Assembly: GCF_001194135.2 (NCBI RefSeq)
Contig: NC_069001.1
Location: forward strand, 22,518,385-22,582,384
From: Octopus bimaculoides
Taxonomy: Eukaryota
Direction: 5' to 3'
Length of the DNA: 64,000 nucleotides
The notes beneath the pieces were generated by a model. It saw only the letters and a list, made by a program, of their open reading frames with translations, did not search any database and was not told the DNA's origin. Shown here in pieces: positions 11,373 to 25,080 of this stretch. Position numbers and translations under genes: made by a program. Numbering within the stretch: the stretch's first letter is position 1; every line of letters begins with the position of its first letter.

Positions 11373-13965
11373 CAATCAATATCGTGACAATAACATGATC
11401 TCACTTTAGCTGTTGGTACATTTGTATTTCACTATATAATCAGTGAACTTATTTAGTTCATTCCTTTTCCGTTTATGTGAGGACAGCCTGATGAATTACT
11501 TCGTCTCTTTAGTTTCTTTTTTCTCTCAAAACTTCCAATATAGATATAGGACCCAGAATGATATATTGTATATACATTTAATATATAATATTTCCATCGT
11601 AGTTCCGTATCAGTGAACTGATCTATTGCCATGAATTGTACATCTTCATCGTAGTGTGATTGAGCAGTAAATAACCAGTCGTTATGTTGTCCATGTAACT
11701 AATTTCATTTAAATCAGAAAGAAAGAACGAAGAAAGAATAAGAGAAAAACAATATTCATTCGCAGTTTTAAGCATGCATCGGAACAATTCTAAATAAAAC
11801 CAATTCATCTCCTTTTTTTCTGCTAAGGCAAAAACAGTTCGAGTTCAAATTCAAATGTGTAGCGGAAAATTTTCAGCATTAGCCTTGTCCTTCCAGTGCC
11901 AACCACACTTTGTATGTATATAAGTTACATAATAATACTTAAAAAATTTAACAAAATCTTAACAAACTGAAAATTCGTAGCTAATTTCTCATCAGTCAAC
12001 ATCCAAAAAGTCCTTACAAATTCGTGCTTTTAACGTTGATGTTGTTCACTTTTGGTAGTGTTACGCACTCCTTATTTTTATAGCCATTTTGTAAAATATT
12101 CTTGGAATGCTTTTTGTGCAACGTCTATTTCTGTCTCTTTCTTTACCTTTATTTTACATTCCTCTCGCTCTCTCTCTCTAATACTCTCCTCTGTTGCTTC
12201 TGTCCCTCCACCCTCCACAACTCTTTCTCTCTCCTCCCACTAATACGTGATCACCTAAACTTCTCTCATCCATTTTTCGCTTTGCCGTTGGCCAGGTCGA
12301 TCACGCTTCTTTGCGCTCCTACACGGTTTATTTCTTCTTTCCTTCTGATTTTCCATCTGCTCTTCTCTCGTCTTTAGTCCTACAGGATATTTTCATTTTC
12401 CTTTGCGTTACCCCACAGTCGGCTATCTGGCAGCGGCAAGATTTTTTTGTTGTATATGTATATGTATAATTATTATAACTAGTTTTTGTTGTGTTTGTTT
12501 TCGTCATTGTCCTGTATGTTCGTTAGCTATTCCCAGTGGCTTTTTGCTACTGGCGCAATCAGAAGTGAACAGTATCAACGTTGAAAGGCGTGACATTGTA
12601 AGGATCTTTTAGACGTTGACGGAGGAGGTATTAGCTACGAACGTTCCCCTTGTTATGTTTTTGTTAAATTTTTCAAATATTATTTGTGTAACACTACGCA
12701 CACCTTATATTTTTTACTTATATATATATATATATGCATGTATATATATGAGAGAGAGAGAGAGAGAGAGGATTGTATTGATGTTGATTAAAAACATCGA
12801 CAGTATGGCGAAGGAATATCCCTCAGGAGAGTGAAGCTTTATCACATTTGTATTGGCATGAGGAATGCTCCCCTCAGGTATTTTTATTCAGACTAATAAT
12901 TGATATCCATAATCAGCATTATCATATTGCATCTCCTTCTACAAATATTCTCATCTTATATAACTAAAACATATCCGCTGCCTTCACCACTTTAACGATT
13001 CGTCCAGCATAATTTGCCTTTTTCTGTATTATTACCGGATCTCATTGGAGTTACCCCGTTTGCTTGTTTACAATTGTTAACTACCCACAGAGGAAGTAGT
13101 TTTCTCCTAATTACTTAGGAAACCCCAGTTAAATTTTTTTAATCATTTTGACTGCCCACATTAAGTAAAAACTCAGTGTCCTTGGTAGCAGTAATTTCAT
13201 GCATAGATATTCGCCAACTATAATTGAACGCTTTGACAGAATTATGGCCCCGTTGAAGATCATTTCAATGGAAGATCACCAGCAGACAACTTGTGCATAA
13301 CGAACAGGACGCTTGTGATTTGTAGCCCACCATCACATTAATGCTATAGCCTCCTACTGTATAGGAATTGTCGCTACCAGTCACCTCCACATGTAATATA
13401 CAAATAACCTTAGGGTTTCTTACTCGCTATGTTTTATTGCATCTGAATTTTACATTACCAGAGTAATACAACTGTGTTAAACAGAATAACTAAGAGAAGA
13501 GAAATTAAATCGAAATTTGCCTTAAGGATTAAACAACAGCAAGAGCCTTGTTCAAACATAACAAGAGTGAGGCCCAAGCATTAGACCTTACGGAGGCTAT
13601 GTCAATAAAGTCTTTGTTTCCTATTATACAAATTCCTCTAATGGTGCTTTAATTGATTCAAAATGCTAAGTTTAGTTGCTGCTCATGAATTGTTTTTATG
13701 CTGTGCAATTATCTGGCATTTGATTAATATTTACTTGGCATTGTCAACACTAACATTGACTCATTCGTTTGGAAATGTTAACATTGTCTTTAACTCAGTT
13801 GAAAAACGCCTTCACGTTCTTTTTATTGTCTGAAATAGTCACAAACATACTACCATGATTTGTTTAAAGTACATTGAAAAGAGCTAATGCCTCTTATTTC
13901 AATGACTCTGTGGAATTAATGGTTGTAAACTGTACAACCATTACTTTCTCAGCTTAATGTACAAT

Positions 13966-14219
13966 GTGGAGGTGCATGGCTTAGTGGTTAGGGTGTCAGC
14001 ATCATGATCGTAAGATTGTGGTTTCGATTCCTGGACCGGGCGACGCGTTGTGTTCTTGTGTAAAACACTTCATTTTACGTTGCTTCAGTCCACTCAGCTG
14101 GCAAAAATGAGTAGCGCTGCGATGGACTGGCGTGCCGTCCAGCTGGGGAACACATACGCCATTGAAACCGAGGAAGCCGGGCTCATGAGCCTGGCTAGGC
14201 TTTAAAAGGGCGCATTTTT
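13966..14219 (+). mobile_element. tRNA-derived SINE, family C, with V-domain-like motif
   Basis: A-box-like tggcttagtggtta, B-box-like gtttcgattcc, and ctgcgatggactggcgtgccgtccag at 14117-14142. Confidence 0.75.
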
Positions 14220-14319
14220 TAAAATTTTAATCTACAATATTTGTACGATTATCATCTTTATTAAGCTACTACTTGTATCCAAAATGATTTTTTTATTATC
14301 TTATTTTGATTAGAAGTGA

Positions 14320-14760
14320 CGAACTGACAGAATCATTAGTGCATTGGACAAATTTCCTAGCAGCATTTTTTCTGGCTCTTTAAATACTGATTTCAAATCC
14401 TACTCAGGTCAGCTTTGCTTTTCATCCTTTCTGGGTTGATTAAATAAAGGACCGGATAAGTACTGGGGTTGATGTCATAGACCTGCTCTCCTCAAAACTG
14501 CTGCTTTTATTCCAAAATTAGGCGGCTTTAAAGACGGCGAGCTGGCAAAATCGTTAGTCCGTCTAATAAAACGCTCAGTAACATTTTTTTCCTGCTGTTT
14601 ATGTTTTGGGTTAAAATCCCACCAAGGTCAAATTTACTTTACATCCTTTCGGAGTCGATAAGATAAATACCAGTTAAGCAGTGTGGCCGATGTAATCGAT
14701 TTACTTTCTTCCCCTAAAATTACTGGCTTGTGCCAAAGTTAGAAAGAGTTATTGCATTTT
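14320..14760 (+). mobile_element. Two tandem diverged SINE family B copies
   Basis: Two heads (gaactgacagaatcattag; ggcgagctggcaaaatcgttag), each followed by catcctttc..gat..aagtac..gatgt body. Confidence 0.75.
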
Positions 14761-15486
14761 GATTATCGACTCTTTATAACAATCAACAAAACATTGTCAT
14801 TGCCTCCTCAACAAATATTGATTTCTAGTATAAACACAAGAAAGATTTGGAATAAGAATAACCTATAATAGTTGATAAGTACTTTATTTTTATTTACCAT
14901 TCGTTCTCCAGAAGGATGAGTCATAAATGTTTTTGATCATAAGCCAGCCAATCAGATATGACTTGAAGCTAAACAACATCACCATTAGAAACAATCAGCT
15001 AAAGTGTGAACCTCTATGGAGGTAAACTATCCGATAGATATAGCAGTCGAATCTTTCTTAAATAACAACTCAGCTTACGATAAAAAAAGTAAACTCTTGA
15101 GAATATATCGTTAGATATTAGAAAATTACCATTTTCAAATCTCACAACGTGAGATATTCAGCAACAGTACTTTGTAGTAAAGATTGTTTGCCAACATAAC
15201 ATGGCAGTCCTGGTTTAGGACTAATGTTGCTGTAATTTAGCCCCAGGAGACAACGTCTCCAGCTTGCTGTACTACACGATCTGTGTCCTTATATTTTCGA
15301 ACAAGAGAATCTAGCATTCCTACTCAGCTCAAAACAATATCTGTGTATCGCGATTTCTGGGTTATTTCCTTTCATCAGCACAGAATAATTGCTCGGCTAT
15401 CCTTAGATACATTCCACAATGCAACCTCGTGGATAGCGTTGGCGATTTTTTCTTCCTCCGTCTTCCCTTCTTTGGACTTTCCTATG

Positions 15487-15519
15487 TTTCCGACGAAGAG
15501 CTCCGCTCGAAACGTCAAA
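15487..15519 (+). ncRNA. Minimal hammerhead-like motif with variant core (CCGACGA)
   Basis: ttt CCGACGA a gagc tcc gctc GAAA cg TC aaa: 4 bp stem II, ACGT palindromic stem III, only 3 bp stem I. Confidence 0.5.
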
Positions 15520-15644
15520 TTCTCTTTTTTTCCTTTCCTGAGCGTCCATTAACACTATATCTGTATCACGTTCTCGCGTTGTTGTTTTTATTGTCGTTTT
15601 TCTTTTTTGAACGCATTATCCTTAGATATCTTGGTTTCAAACTT

Positions 15645-15845
15645 TGGCACTAGGCTAGTAATTTCGGGGGAGAGGCAGGTCGATTACATCGATCTCAATA
15701 CTTAGCTGGTACCTATTCTATCGACACCAAAAGGGATGAAAGGTAAAGTCAACTTCAGCAATTTGAACTCAGAACATGCAGACAGATGAAATATCACTAA
15801 GCATTTTGCTCGGGGTGCAAACGATTCTGCCAGCTCACCGCCTTA
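15645..15845 (-). mobile_element. SINE family B
   Basis: Ends ..acgattctgccagctcaccgcc on + strand (reverse complement of head); atttgaactcagaac B-box region. Confidence 0.85.
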
Positions 15846-16124
15846 ATATAGCTTTAGATAGATCACCTGAAGAAAAATGATATGATCAGTGCTGCGATGC
15901 TGCTAATCTTACTTTAGCTTCATGAGAGGAGATGTAAGTGGGAGTGAATAAAGCAGTTAAACGATGATGGGAAGCCTAATGAATTGCAGACAAACATTCG
16001 ATGAGCTACAAATAGATATACTGGTTTTCTGAAACATGAAACACAAGGAATTGAAATTTATATTTATCTCTTGCAATCATGTGATAACTCGAAGCCATTT
16101 CTTTCTTCTATTAAATATATTAAA

Positions 16125-16495
16125 TATATCAAATAGGCTGTGTGGTTAAAAGTTCGATTTGCAACCAAATAGTTTCAAGTTCATTCCTACCGCATGACAC
16201 CCTCGGCAAGTGCCTTCTACTATAGCCCCGGTTCGACCAATACCTAGTGAGTGAATTTAGTAGATGGAAACTGTGCGTAATACACACACACATAATACGT
16301 ACACATATGCATCATTGTTTTTGTTTGACTCCTCCACATCGCTGGACAACCAGTGTTGGCTTATTTACATTCTCACTAATTAGCGGTTCGGCAAAAGACA
16401 CCAATAGAATAAGTACCACGCTCAAAACATAAGTTCTGAGGTCAATTTGTTCGATTAAACCCTTCAAATCAGTCTACTGAGTGAAACAAGTAAAA
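16125..16495 (+). mobile_element. SINE family A
   Basis: ggctgtgtggtt..ggcaagtgccttctactatagccccgg..ttagcggttcggcaaaagacacc..gaaacaagtaaaa. Confidence 0.8.
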
Positions 16496-16900
16496 TATAA
16501 AAGGCATTATCGGTTATATACTCTTTCCTTTAATAGTTTCAGTTATTGAGCTGCGATCATGCTTCAGCAATGCATACAACGGCTTTTGCTTAGTTCTACT
16601 AAGCTCAGTACTTCCTTTACACTGTTCATTATGTGGTCAATGTCTATTGAATTATTCAGTAAATTTAACAGAAATGTAAGCAACTCGACGCCGTTCATTG
16701 TATATCGTATATTTCTGTAGAGATTGCATCACAGGTTCAGCAACTCTACTAAACGTATGGTTACTAAATCTAAGGTTACAATAAAAGGTACCGTGCGGAG
16801 TGGTTAAATTCAGAACCACATGAGTACGAAGCAAGCTTTTAGTCACTTTGTTTTGTCAACATATCCGTTTGTCTTAATCTCTAACGTTTTATTTTGTTGC

Positions 16901-17354
16901 ATATCTTATAATTCTAAATAAATAAATCCAAATCTGAATTAGAAACAGCGCTAGCACTGTAACTGTTTCGAACACACGTACTGAATGCGTAATTTGCTTG
17001 TTCGTCGATAGGCTGTGAAATAGCGCGTTGGAGATGACTCTCTCAAACCGTCGGGTGTTAAAACACCGAAAAGCCATAGCCAAGTGAGACAACTCACCCC
17101 ATTCAGGAGTGATGGATAGGGATGTTTCACCATTTTTGTGACATATAAGCATCACATACCTGAACCGAATCGGAGGCGAACTGAGTCGCCACACCATGAC
17201 TAGATACAAATAACGTAACAAACCATTTGCTGGTATAGCCCGACGATTTTAACGTAAAAATGAATTAAAATATGAACTCGAAGCAACACTAGTGGCGTAA
17301 ACCATTATCAAACACAAATAAATAAATATAAATCTTATATCTTATAATTCTAAA
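16901..17354. mobile_element. CpG-rich 418 bp segment flanked by an 18 bp direct repeat (possible target-site duplication)
   Basis: atatcttataattctaaa at 16901-16918 and 17337-17354. Confidence 0.5.
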
Positions 17355-17629
17355 ATACAAACATTTGAAAAGAATTTGATTGTTGAATAGAAATTAAATT
17401 GGTTCTTTAGAGAAAATTCATAAATTCAACATTGTAGATTGCAAATGAATTACGAAAAGTTTGTGGTATTTTTAAATAAATGTTTAATCGATCAGATTTC
17501 TAGTAAAAGTCAGAATTGAGAAATATTCTGCAGTTTTGTTGAAAAAAAAAAACAGGTAAATTTTTAGTTGGAAATAATTTCCACAAAAACGGATTTTTAA
17601 AAATCTTTTATTTTTTATTTGCCTCACAC

Positions 17630-18240
17630 AATGGGCTGCGGTCATGTTGGGGCGCAACCTTGAAGGGTATACTGGAACAAATTTAGTCCAGGACTTGTTC
17701 TATAGATCTCCTTGGCCATACTGTTAAGTTCCGGGAACATAAAACAACACCGGTTGTCATTGATGCCGTGGGGGCAGAACAAATACAAACTCAAAGACTC
17801 ATCTCCCTCTCTGTCTGTCTGTCTGTTTGTCCCCCCCCCNNNNNNNNNNNNNNNNNNNNNNNNNNNNNNNNNNNNNNNNNNNNNNNNNNNNNNNNNNNNN
17901 NNNNNNNNNNNNNNNNNNNNNNNNNNNNNNNNNNNNNNNNNNNNNNNNNNNNNNNNNNNNNNNNNNNNNNNNNNNNNNNNNNNNNNNNNNNNNNNNNNNN
18001 NNNNNNNNNNNNNNNNNNNNNNNNNNNNNNNNNNNNNNNNNNNNNNNNNNNNNNNNNNNNNNATATATATGAATACGAATAATAGGCTTCTACACAGTTT
18101 CCGTGAGGAAATTCACACACAAGGTATTAGTCGGCCCCGTGATATAGTAGAAGACACTTGTACAAGGTTCTACACAGTTGGGCTGAACCGAAACCATTGG
18201 TTGCAAAACCAATTTCTGAACCACAGAGCTGTGCCTGCAC
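17630..18240 (-). mobile_element. SINE family A spanning a gap
   Basis: Minus-strand head gtgcaggcacagctctgtgg.. at about 18240 and tail cccttcaaggttgcgccccaacatgaccgcagc at about 17640. Confidence 0.7.
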
Positions 18241-18264
18241 TGATAAAAATATTAAGAAATTGAT

Positions 18265-18500
18265 TGGAGCCTGAAATTTGTGGGAGAGGATGAGTCGATT
18301 ACATCGACCCCAGTGTTTCACTGGTACTGAATTTATTCACCCCGAATGAATAAAAGGCAAAGTCAACCTCGGTAGAATTTGAACTCAGAACGTCGCGACG
18401 GCCGAAATATCGCTAAGCATTTCATCCAGTGTGCTAACAACTCTGCCATATCGTCATTATAATAATAATAATAATGATAATAATAATAATAACAATAAAG

Positions 18501-18539
<39 letters not shown>

Positions 18540-18860
18540 GAGCACCACAGCAAACCACAGCACATACCCAAGGCGCACAGAGCTGCGCTCGGTAGTGAAG
18601 TGAAAGCACGTTATAAAAATAAAACTACTGAATAATAATAATAATAATAATCCTTTCTACTAAAGGCACAAGGCCTGAAATTTTGCAGGAGGGGACTGGT
18701 CGATTACATCTGTATTTCACTAGCACTTATTTTCTCGACCTCGAAAGGATTAAAGGCAAAGTCGACCTCGGTGGAATTATAACTCAGAACATAAAGATGG
18801 ATGAAATACCGCTAGGCATTTTGCCAAGCGTGCTAACAAATCTGCCAGTTCATCACCTTG
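18265..18860 (-). mobile_element. Two SINE family B copies separated by (AAT)n tracts
   Basis: aaggcaaagtc(a/g)acctcgg..tt(g/a)aactcagaac at about 18355 and 18755. Confidence 0.8.
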
Positions 18861-20029
18861 TGGTTTTAGAATATTGACGCGTTTTTATCTTAATCTTCTA
18901 TTATTTATTTTAGGGATCTCGTGTCGCTCTTCACACACGTGAATCTCGAACCGTCCAGTGGGGAAGCTACTCTGTGTGCGTTTTGCTTGCGATTTGGGCT
19001 GAATTCATTTTATTTGTGTTCTTTTACTGTTTTGCTTTCCACTACGCTCTGTCATCTCTTCGCGTTGCCAGTTTACTTTCTACCGTTATAAGAGGATACT
19101 GTGATACTACGAATTGAAAACCTTCATCACTGACCTCTGTAACCAAGGATAAGGTAATTTTGAGGAGCCATTCTTGGAGATGCAGCTGTGGTGAGTTCGA
19201 AAATGCAACCACTGGAACCTGCTCTTTTTAACGCTGTCTCTCCTGTTCTCTCCTTTTCGATTTTTCGATTTCTTTAATTAAAATGCTTTCTCATAAGTTT
19301 AATGTTTACCATCGACTAGCTGATGGTGATGTTAAATAGGCGATAGATCAAGACTACTACCTCCACAATGCTGTGGTGGGACACATTTGATCACGGTATC
19401 ATGAAGCAGAACTGAACCCAAAACTACGCAGTTCCAGTTATTCAACTTTAAATGTAACTGTCCATAGCAATGCTTGAGATTAGCTATATTTAATGTTATA
19501 TGAGTAGACCATTTCTTGTTCACAGGCAGTTCACGCTGCAACTGACAAGACACAAACTATTGGCCCCAGGCACTTCGCTGTTTGCTATGTTATCTTAGAG
19601 TTTTAGTCATACTCAAGAAATTTCTTAGAATTTTAGAATATCTGTATGCAGTACGTATATGTATACGAGCACTGCAGCGGATAAGAACGGATGCAGGAAT
19701 CACTATGTTGTTAAATATTAGCGCAGGAATGATTTAGTGGTTAGAAGTATTGCTTTTCATCTCTGTAGTTTCGAATTCAATCACACTGAGTGGCACCTAT
19801 TGCGAATGATATCTACCAAAACCTAGTAAGTCAAATTTAGTATTCAACAAAAGATGTGCAAGATTGTTTCTCTTCTTGCCTCTACCAGGTTTAATCAGTT
19901 TCCCTAATTGACACCAACACCTGTACATTAGTTACCTTTTGTGGAATACACTCTGTTGCAAGCAAGCAATCAAGTTATTCTGTATGAAAATAACTTGTTT
20001 CATTTCTCTCACTGTTTTCAAAAGACTGT

Positions 20030-20066
<37 letters not shown>

Positions 20067-20237
20067 TTAGGGGATAAGACCTGACCATTCCGATCTGAAT
20101 CATTTGTAAAACTAAAAAATTCTTTTGCGAAAAGAGGAATAAACGTTCTCGAATAAGATTAATTAAAAAATGAATTGGTATCTCTAACCAGTAACATCAC
20201 TCGAACTTGTTGCGTTTATACAGTACTCTGAAGTCAA

Positions 20238-20710
20238 GGCACGTGATTTAGTGGTTAGGGCATTCGACTCACGATCGTAAAGTTGTGAGTTAGATTTTCG
20301 GCGGCGCGTTGTGTCCTTAAGTAAGACATTTTATTTCACATTGCCCCAGTCCACTCAACAGGCAAAAATGAATAGTATGCAGTGTTTTAAAGTACCAGCC
20401 TTGTCCCATAGTGTGTCATGCTGACTCTCCCTGAGAACTACGATAAGGGAAGTGCTCAGCCACTTGCACGGGCGATGTATGTGTGTTTATGAGCAAAACA
20501 CCTAGGCACCACCCGGCTTTGGCAGAAGGCAATGGCGACCTTCTGTTGACTTTTTCGCCACAACTTTCTCTCAATCTTTCTTCCTGCATCTAGCTGCTCA
20601 CCTGTGACGGACCGGCATCCAGTCCAGGTGAGGAACCTGTACGCCAATGAAACCGGGAGACCACCCCCTATGAGCCAGGCATGGCTCGAGAAGGAACAAA
20701 CAACAAAAAC
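20238..20710 (+). mobile_element. SINE family C, long form
   Basis: Head ttagtggttagggcattcgactcacgatcgtaa; ccagtccactca; tail gacggaccggcatccagtccagg..atgagccaggcatggc..aacaaacaac. Confidence 0.7.
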
Positions 20711-20879
20711 AGGGCAGGATGAATATTTTGCTAATCTTAATCACATAAATTATTGCCTTATGAATAATTTTTGTGTGTACATGTGTATGTAGTTATGTAT
20801 GCAATACCTACAATATATTGTTTTAGATCATTTTTACTTAATTCATGGCCCTAAAGAAATAGTTTTCGTTATACTAGCT

Positions 20880-21220
20880 ATGCAGGCGCAGGCTTGGTTG
20901 TGTAGTAAGAAGCTTGCTTCCCAAACACATGGTTCAGGGTTCAGTACTAAAGCCTTGGTAATAGATATAGTAGACGGAAACTGAAAGAAGCTTGTCCTAT
21001 ATGTATGTATCTTGGTATCTGAGTTTCCCCACCACCACTATTTGACAACGATTGCCGGTGTGTTTACGTCCCCGTAACCTAGCAGTTCGGCAAAAGATAC
21101 AAATAGAATAAATACCAGGCTTAAAACATATAAATACTGGTGTTGATACTTTGACTAAAAATTCTTGAAGAAATTCTTGGCTGCAGAGTCTAATGAGTGA
21201 AACAAGTAAAAGATAAATGA
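20880..21220 (+). mobile_element. SINE family A
   Basis: gcaggcgcagg..gtgtagtaagaagcttgcttcccaaac..gtagacggaaactgaaagaag..gcagttcggcaaaaga. Confidence 0.8.
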
Positions 21221-22997
21221 CCCATACTGACTTAGCAATGAAAATTCATTTGTTAATAGATAAAGAACAAGTTTGGCAGCTGTTAGTGCGAAGCTGGTAA
21301 ACTATAACTCTTCATCTTCAACACACGATCATGAAAAACACAGTCCAGTCTGTTACAACTTTACACAAAACTTATCCAAGATTTATTCGTTCTAGTCTAA
21401 GCCCTTGCAGTTAGTCTACTTGGGTTTCGCCTGTCGTCAAGGGTATGCAACTTGCATGTCGCAGCTTCCGGCACTTCCACTGACTAAAATATTTCTTTAA
21501 AAAATGAAATTATTTATTTTCTTCCATAACCGAAATTGTGTGACTGAGAAAAATCTATATCAAATTTAAGAAATATTTTCTTGCCTGCTTATAGCACAAA
21601 CACCTATTCAATAAGTCAATTTTGATTATAAATAAGCGTAAGATTATTTTCAGCTATTTCCATTTCTTTAGGCAAATTTCTTTCTTTTGGGAACCAAACT
21701 ATGACAACAATCTCACGCTACCAAACAGCCAACGGCACCTAAACAAGGAAATGCCATTTCAATGTCTTTTATTGACGTCTAATTTTCTAAATTCATTTGT
21801 ACAGCTTACTTGGTGTGATTTAGTAAGGTCAGTATTAGCACTAATGAATATCCTGTTCCATATTTTAGATATCAATTTTTATGCTAATAAATTAATACGT
21901 ATTAGCTGGAATTAATTCTAAAACATGCAATGGAAGTCAGTCGATTCATTTTGAATATTAACAATTAGTACATTTCTGTTTGCGTGTACGCGTTTGGGAT
22001 GTGTGTATGTGCACACATATGTACATACGCAACACACGCGGCCATGGACACATATAAAGCTGCATAAAAATCCATATGTATCTGTGTGTGATTTTGTATA
22101 TATATATATATATATATATNNNNNNNNNNNNNNNNNNNNNNNNNNNNNNNNNNNNNNNNNNNNNNNNNNNNNNNNNNNNNNNNNNNNNNNNNNNNNNNNN
22201 NNNNNNNNNNNNNNNNNNNNNNNNNNNNNNNNNNNNNNNNNNNNNNNNNNNNNNNNNNNNNNNNNNNNNNNNNNNNNNNNNNNNNNNNNNNNNNNNNNNN
22301 NNNNNNNNNNNNNNNNNNNNNNNNNNNNNNNNNNNNNNNNNNNNNNNNNNNNNNNNNNNNNNNNNNNNNNNNNNNNNNNNNNNNNNNNNNNNNNNNNNNN
22401 NNNNNNNNNNNNNNNNNNNNNNNNNNNNNNNNNNNNNNNNNNNNNNNNNNNNNNNNNNNNNNNNNNNNNNNNNNNNNNNNNNNNNNNNNNNNNNNNNNNN
22501 NNNNNNNNNNNNNNNNNNNNNNNNNNNNNNNNNNNNNNNNNNNNNNNNNNNNNNNNNNNNNNNNNNNNNNNNNNNNNNNNNNNNNNNNNNNNNNNNNNNN
22601 NNNNNNNNNNNNNNNNNNNNNNNNNNNNNNNNNNNNNNNNNNNNNNNNNNNNNNNNNNNNNNNNNNNNNNNNNNNNNNNNNNNNNNNNNNNNNNNNNNNN
22701 NNNNNNNNNNNNNNNNNNNNNNNNNNNNNNNNNNNNNNNNNNNNNNNNNNNNNNNNNNNNNNNNNNNNNNNNNNNNNNNNNNNNNNNNNNNNNNNNNNNN
22801 NNNNNNNNNNNNNNNNNNNNNNNNNNNNNNNNNNNNNNNNNNNNNNNNNNNNNNNNNNNNNNNNNNNNNNNNNNNNNNNNNNNNNNNNNNNNNNNNNNNN
22901 NNNNNNNNNNNNNNNNNNNNNNNNNNNNNNNNNNNNNNNNNNNNNNNNNNNNNNNNNNNNNNNNNNNNNNNNNNNNNNNNNNNNNNNNNNNNNNNNG

Positions 22998-23155
22998 TTC
23001 TGAGCTCAAATTCCGCCGAGGTAGACTTTGCCTTTCATCCTTTCGGGGTCGATTAAATAAGTACCAGTTACGCACTGGGTTCGATGTAATCAACTTAATC
23101 TCTTTGTCTGTCCTTCTTTATCCCCTCTATGTTTAGCCCCCTGTGTGGATAAAGA

Positions 23156-23212
<57 letters not shown>

Positions 23213-23228
23213 GATAGATAGATAGATG

Positions 23229-23284
<56 letters not shown>

Positions 23285-23490
23285 TAAAAGCAGTGAGCTG
23301 GCACGCTGGGCAAGAACTGTCTGGCAACATTTTTCCCATCTTTACGTTCTGAACTCAAATTCCGCCGCGGTCGATTTTGCTTTCAATCTTTTCGGGGTCG
23401 AAAAGATAACTACCATATGAGTACTGGGATCGCTGTAATCAACTTTCCTCACCTCTAAACTAGTTGAACTTGCTGACTTTGCATCAAAAT
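22998..23490 (+). mobile_element. Two SINE family B copies (first with alternative tail) around AT/AG/ATAG microsatellites
   Basis: gttctga(g/a)ctcaaattccgccg at 22998 and about 23347. Confidence 0.8.
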
Positions 23491-24349
23491 TTATTTGTAT
23501 ATATGTGTGTGTGCGTTTGTGTGTGTGACCAAATTTAATGCGGTTAAATTCATTGAAAATGAGCAGTGCTCCGCTGCGATACCGCTTTTCAACTGATCGC
23601 TCATTGTGCAGTAATATATTTATAATAATACCATCACACCATGGTATCATAATATCAGTTTTAGTAAATTATCTATATTGCTAGCTGCAACACATGCCGA
23701 ATAATCTTTATTGGCCATCTACTTTCTCTCCCACTAGTTAACATCCAGAGCTTTGCTTGTGTCCAACACATGGAACATGAAAGAACTTAACTTCACTGGT
23801 ACCATTATGTCGCACTTGCAGATGGTTATTTAATTCCGCAAACGCTAAACCCTACATCACGGATTAATCCATGTTATAGTATGATTGCGTTTATGAGAAG
23901 ATGAATGTTGAAATATGTACCATATTGTTCACAAAGATCTAAAAGCAAGAACTGTTGTTATTTGTTTGGAATTAACATCCCCCGGTAAAACTATCTAATC
24001 AGATATGTAAATTTTTCCTGGATACAGCACTCAACTGAAGATAGAAAGGCTTTCTTTGTCTTCATGGAGACCGGTCAAAATAGAAGTAAAGGCACCTAGA
24101 AGACCGTAAAGTCCACATTTGCGTGCAGAGTTTTAAATTTTAAAGGACCGGAAAACCAACACTATCTTTTCTGTTTAATCTATATGTAATGCATGTTTCA
24201 GACCTACATTATGGCTGTCCACTCGTGACCAAGGTAGACCAACACTGACCATTGCACACTTAAAATTTTTACTTTATTCTTGTGGCTTCGCTAGTGACTA
24301 ATGGTCCGAGCTCTTAATAAACGTTCAGGTTCACCGATATTGCAGACCA

Positions 24350-25080
24350 GGTACCTTCTCCCATTCACTGTACAAGCGATACAGTTTTGAGAATCTTGTT
24401 TAAAATCTGCATAAAAAATTCGTGTTTTGTCGAGAATATTCCCTCCCGCCTTTACTTGTTTCTTCCATTGATGGCGATGACAAGCATTGATTTCACATAT
24501 TAACATGTCATATTTTAAAAGCCTTCGACAAGGACTTTACACAATCCTTAAATCGTAGTTCTGGTTTCCGCTGAGGCGCATTCCACAAACAAATTCTCTC
24601 GCCTTATAGCAGATGCTCAGGGATCCTCCAATCATTCATCCGAACAGGGTATTCAGCCAAACGTAAACGGAGCTTGCGCACCATCACATCACTGCTTGGG
24701 ATGTCAGCTACCTTCAAGACCTTTGGGTCTGGAGTCCGCAAGGACCAATCAACATTCAGAATGCGTCTCAAACATCTCTGATGGAAACTTTCAAGGAGAC
24801 TTACATAATGCTTGTAAATGACCCGTGTCTAACATGAGTAAAGGAGCAGCATAAGCACATGTGCACGGTATACAAAAAAAATTGTTCGACAGGTATGAGA
24901 TACGAGACAGAAGAAGCCTTAAAGGTAAAGCTTTAAGATCTTCTGGTCGTCTCTTGCTTCATTTACTGCCAATTCGTAAACTTTTCAATCTTTTATTCGT
25001 GAAATCCGTTATGCAGATGATTGCGGTTTAGTTGCCCATACTGTTGAAGATATTAAAATTCTCATGGATCGTACTGCAGC
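24350..25080 (-). mobile_element. Decayed RTE LINE, RT C-terminal region
   Basis: Minus translation: LLESFHQRCLRRILNVDW...RKLRLRLAEYPVRMNDWRIPEHLL, matching the RTE pattern FHQRCLRxIL...LRWAGHVxRMxDxRIPKxLLY. Confidence 0.8.

Noticed and set aside
13200-13370. Possible mariner HTH remnant (EDHFNGRS)
   Set aside because: Too short and diverged; no other transposase motif nearby.
19170-19230. cttggaga tgcagc..gttc gaaa, hammerhead-like
   Set aside because: Core has several substitutions and the stems do not close.
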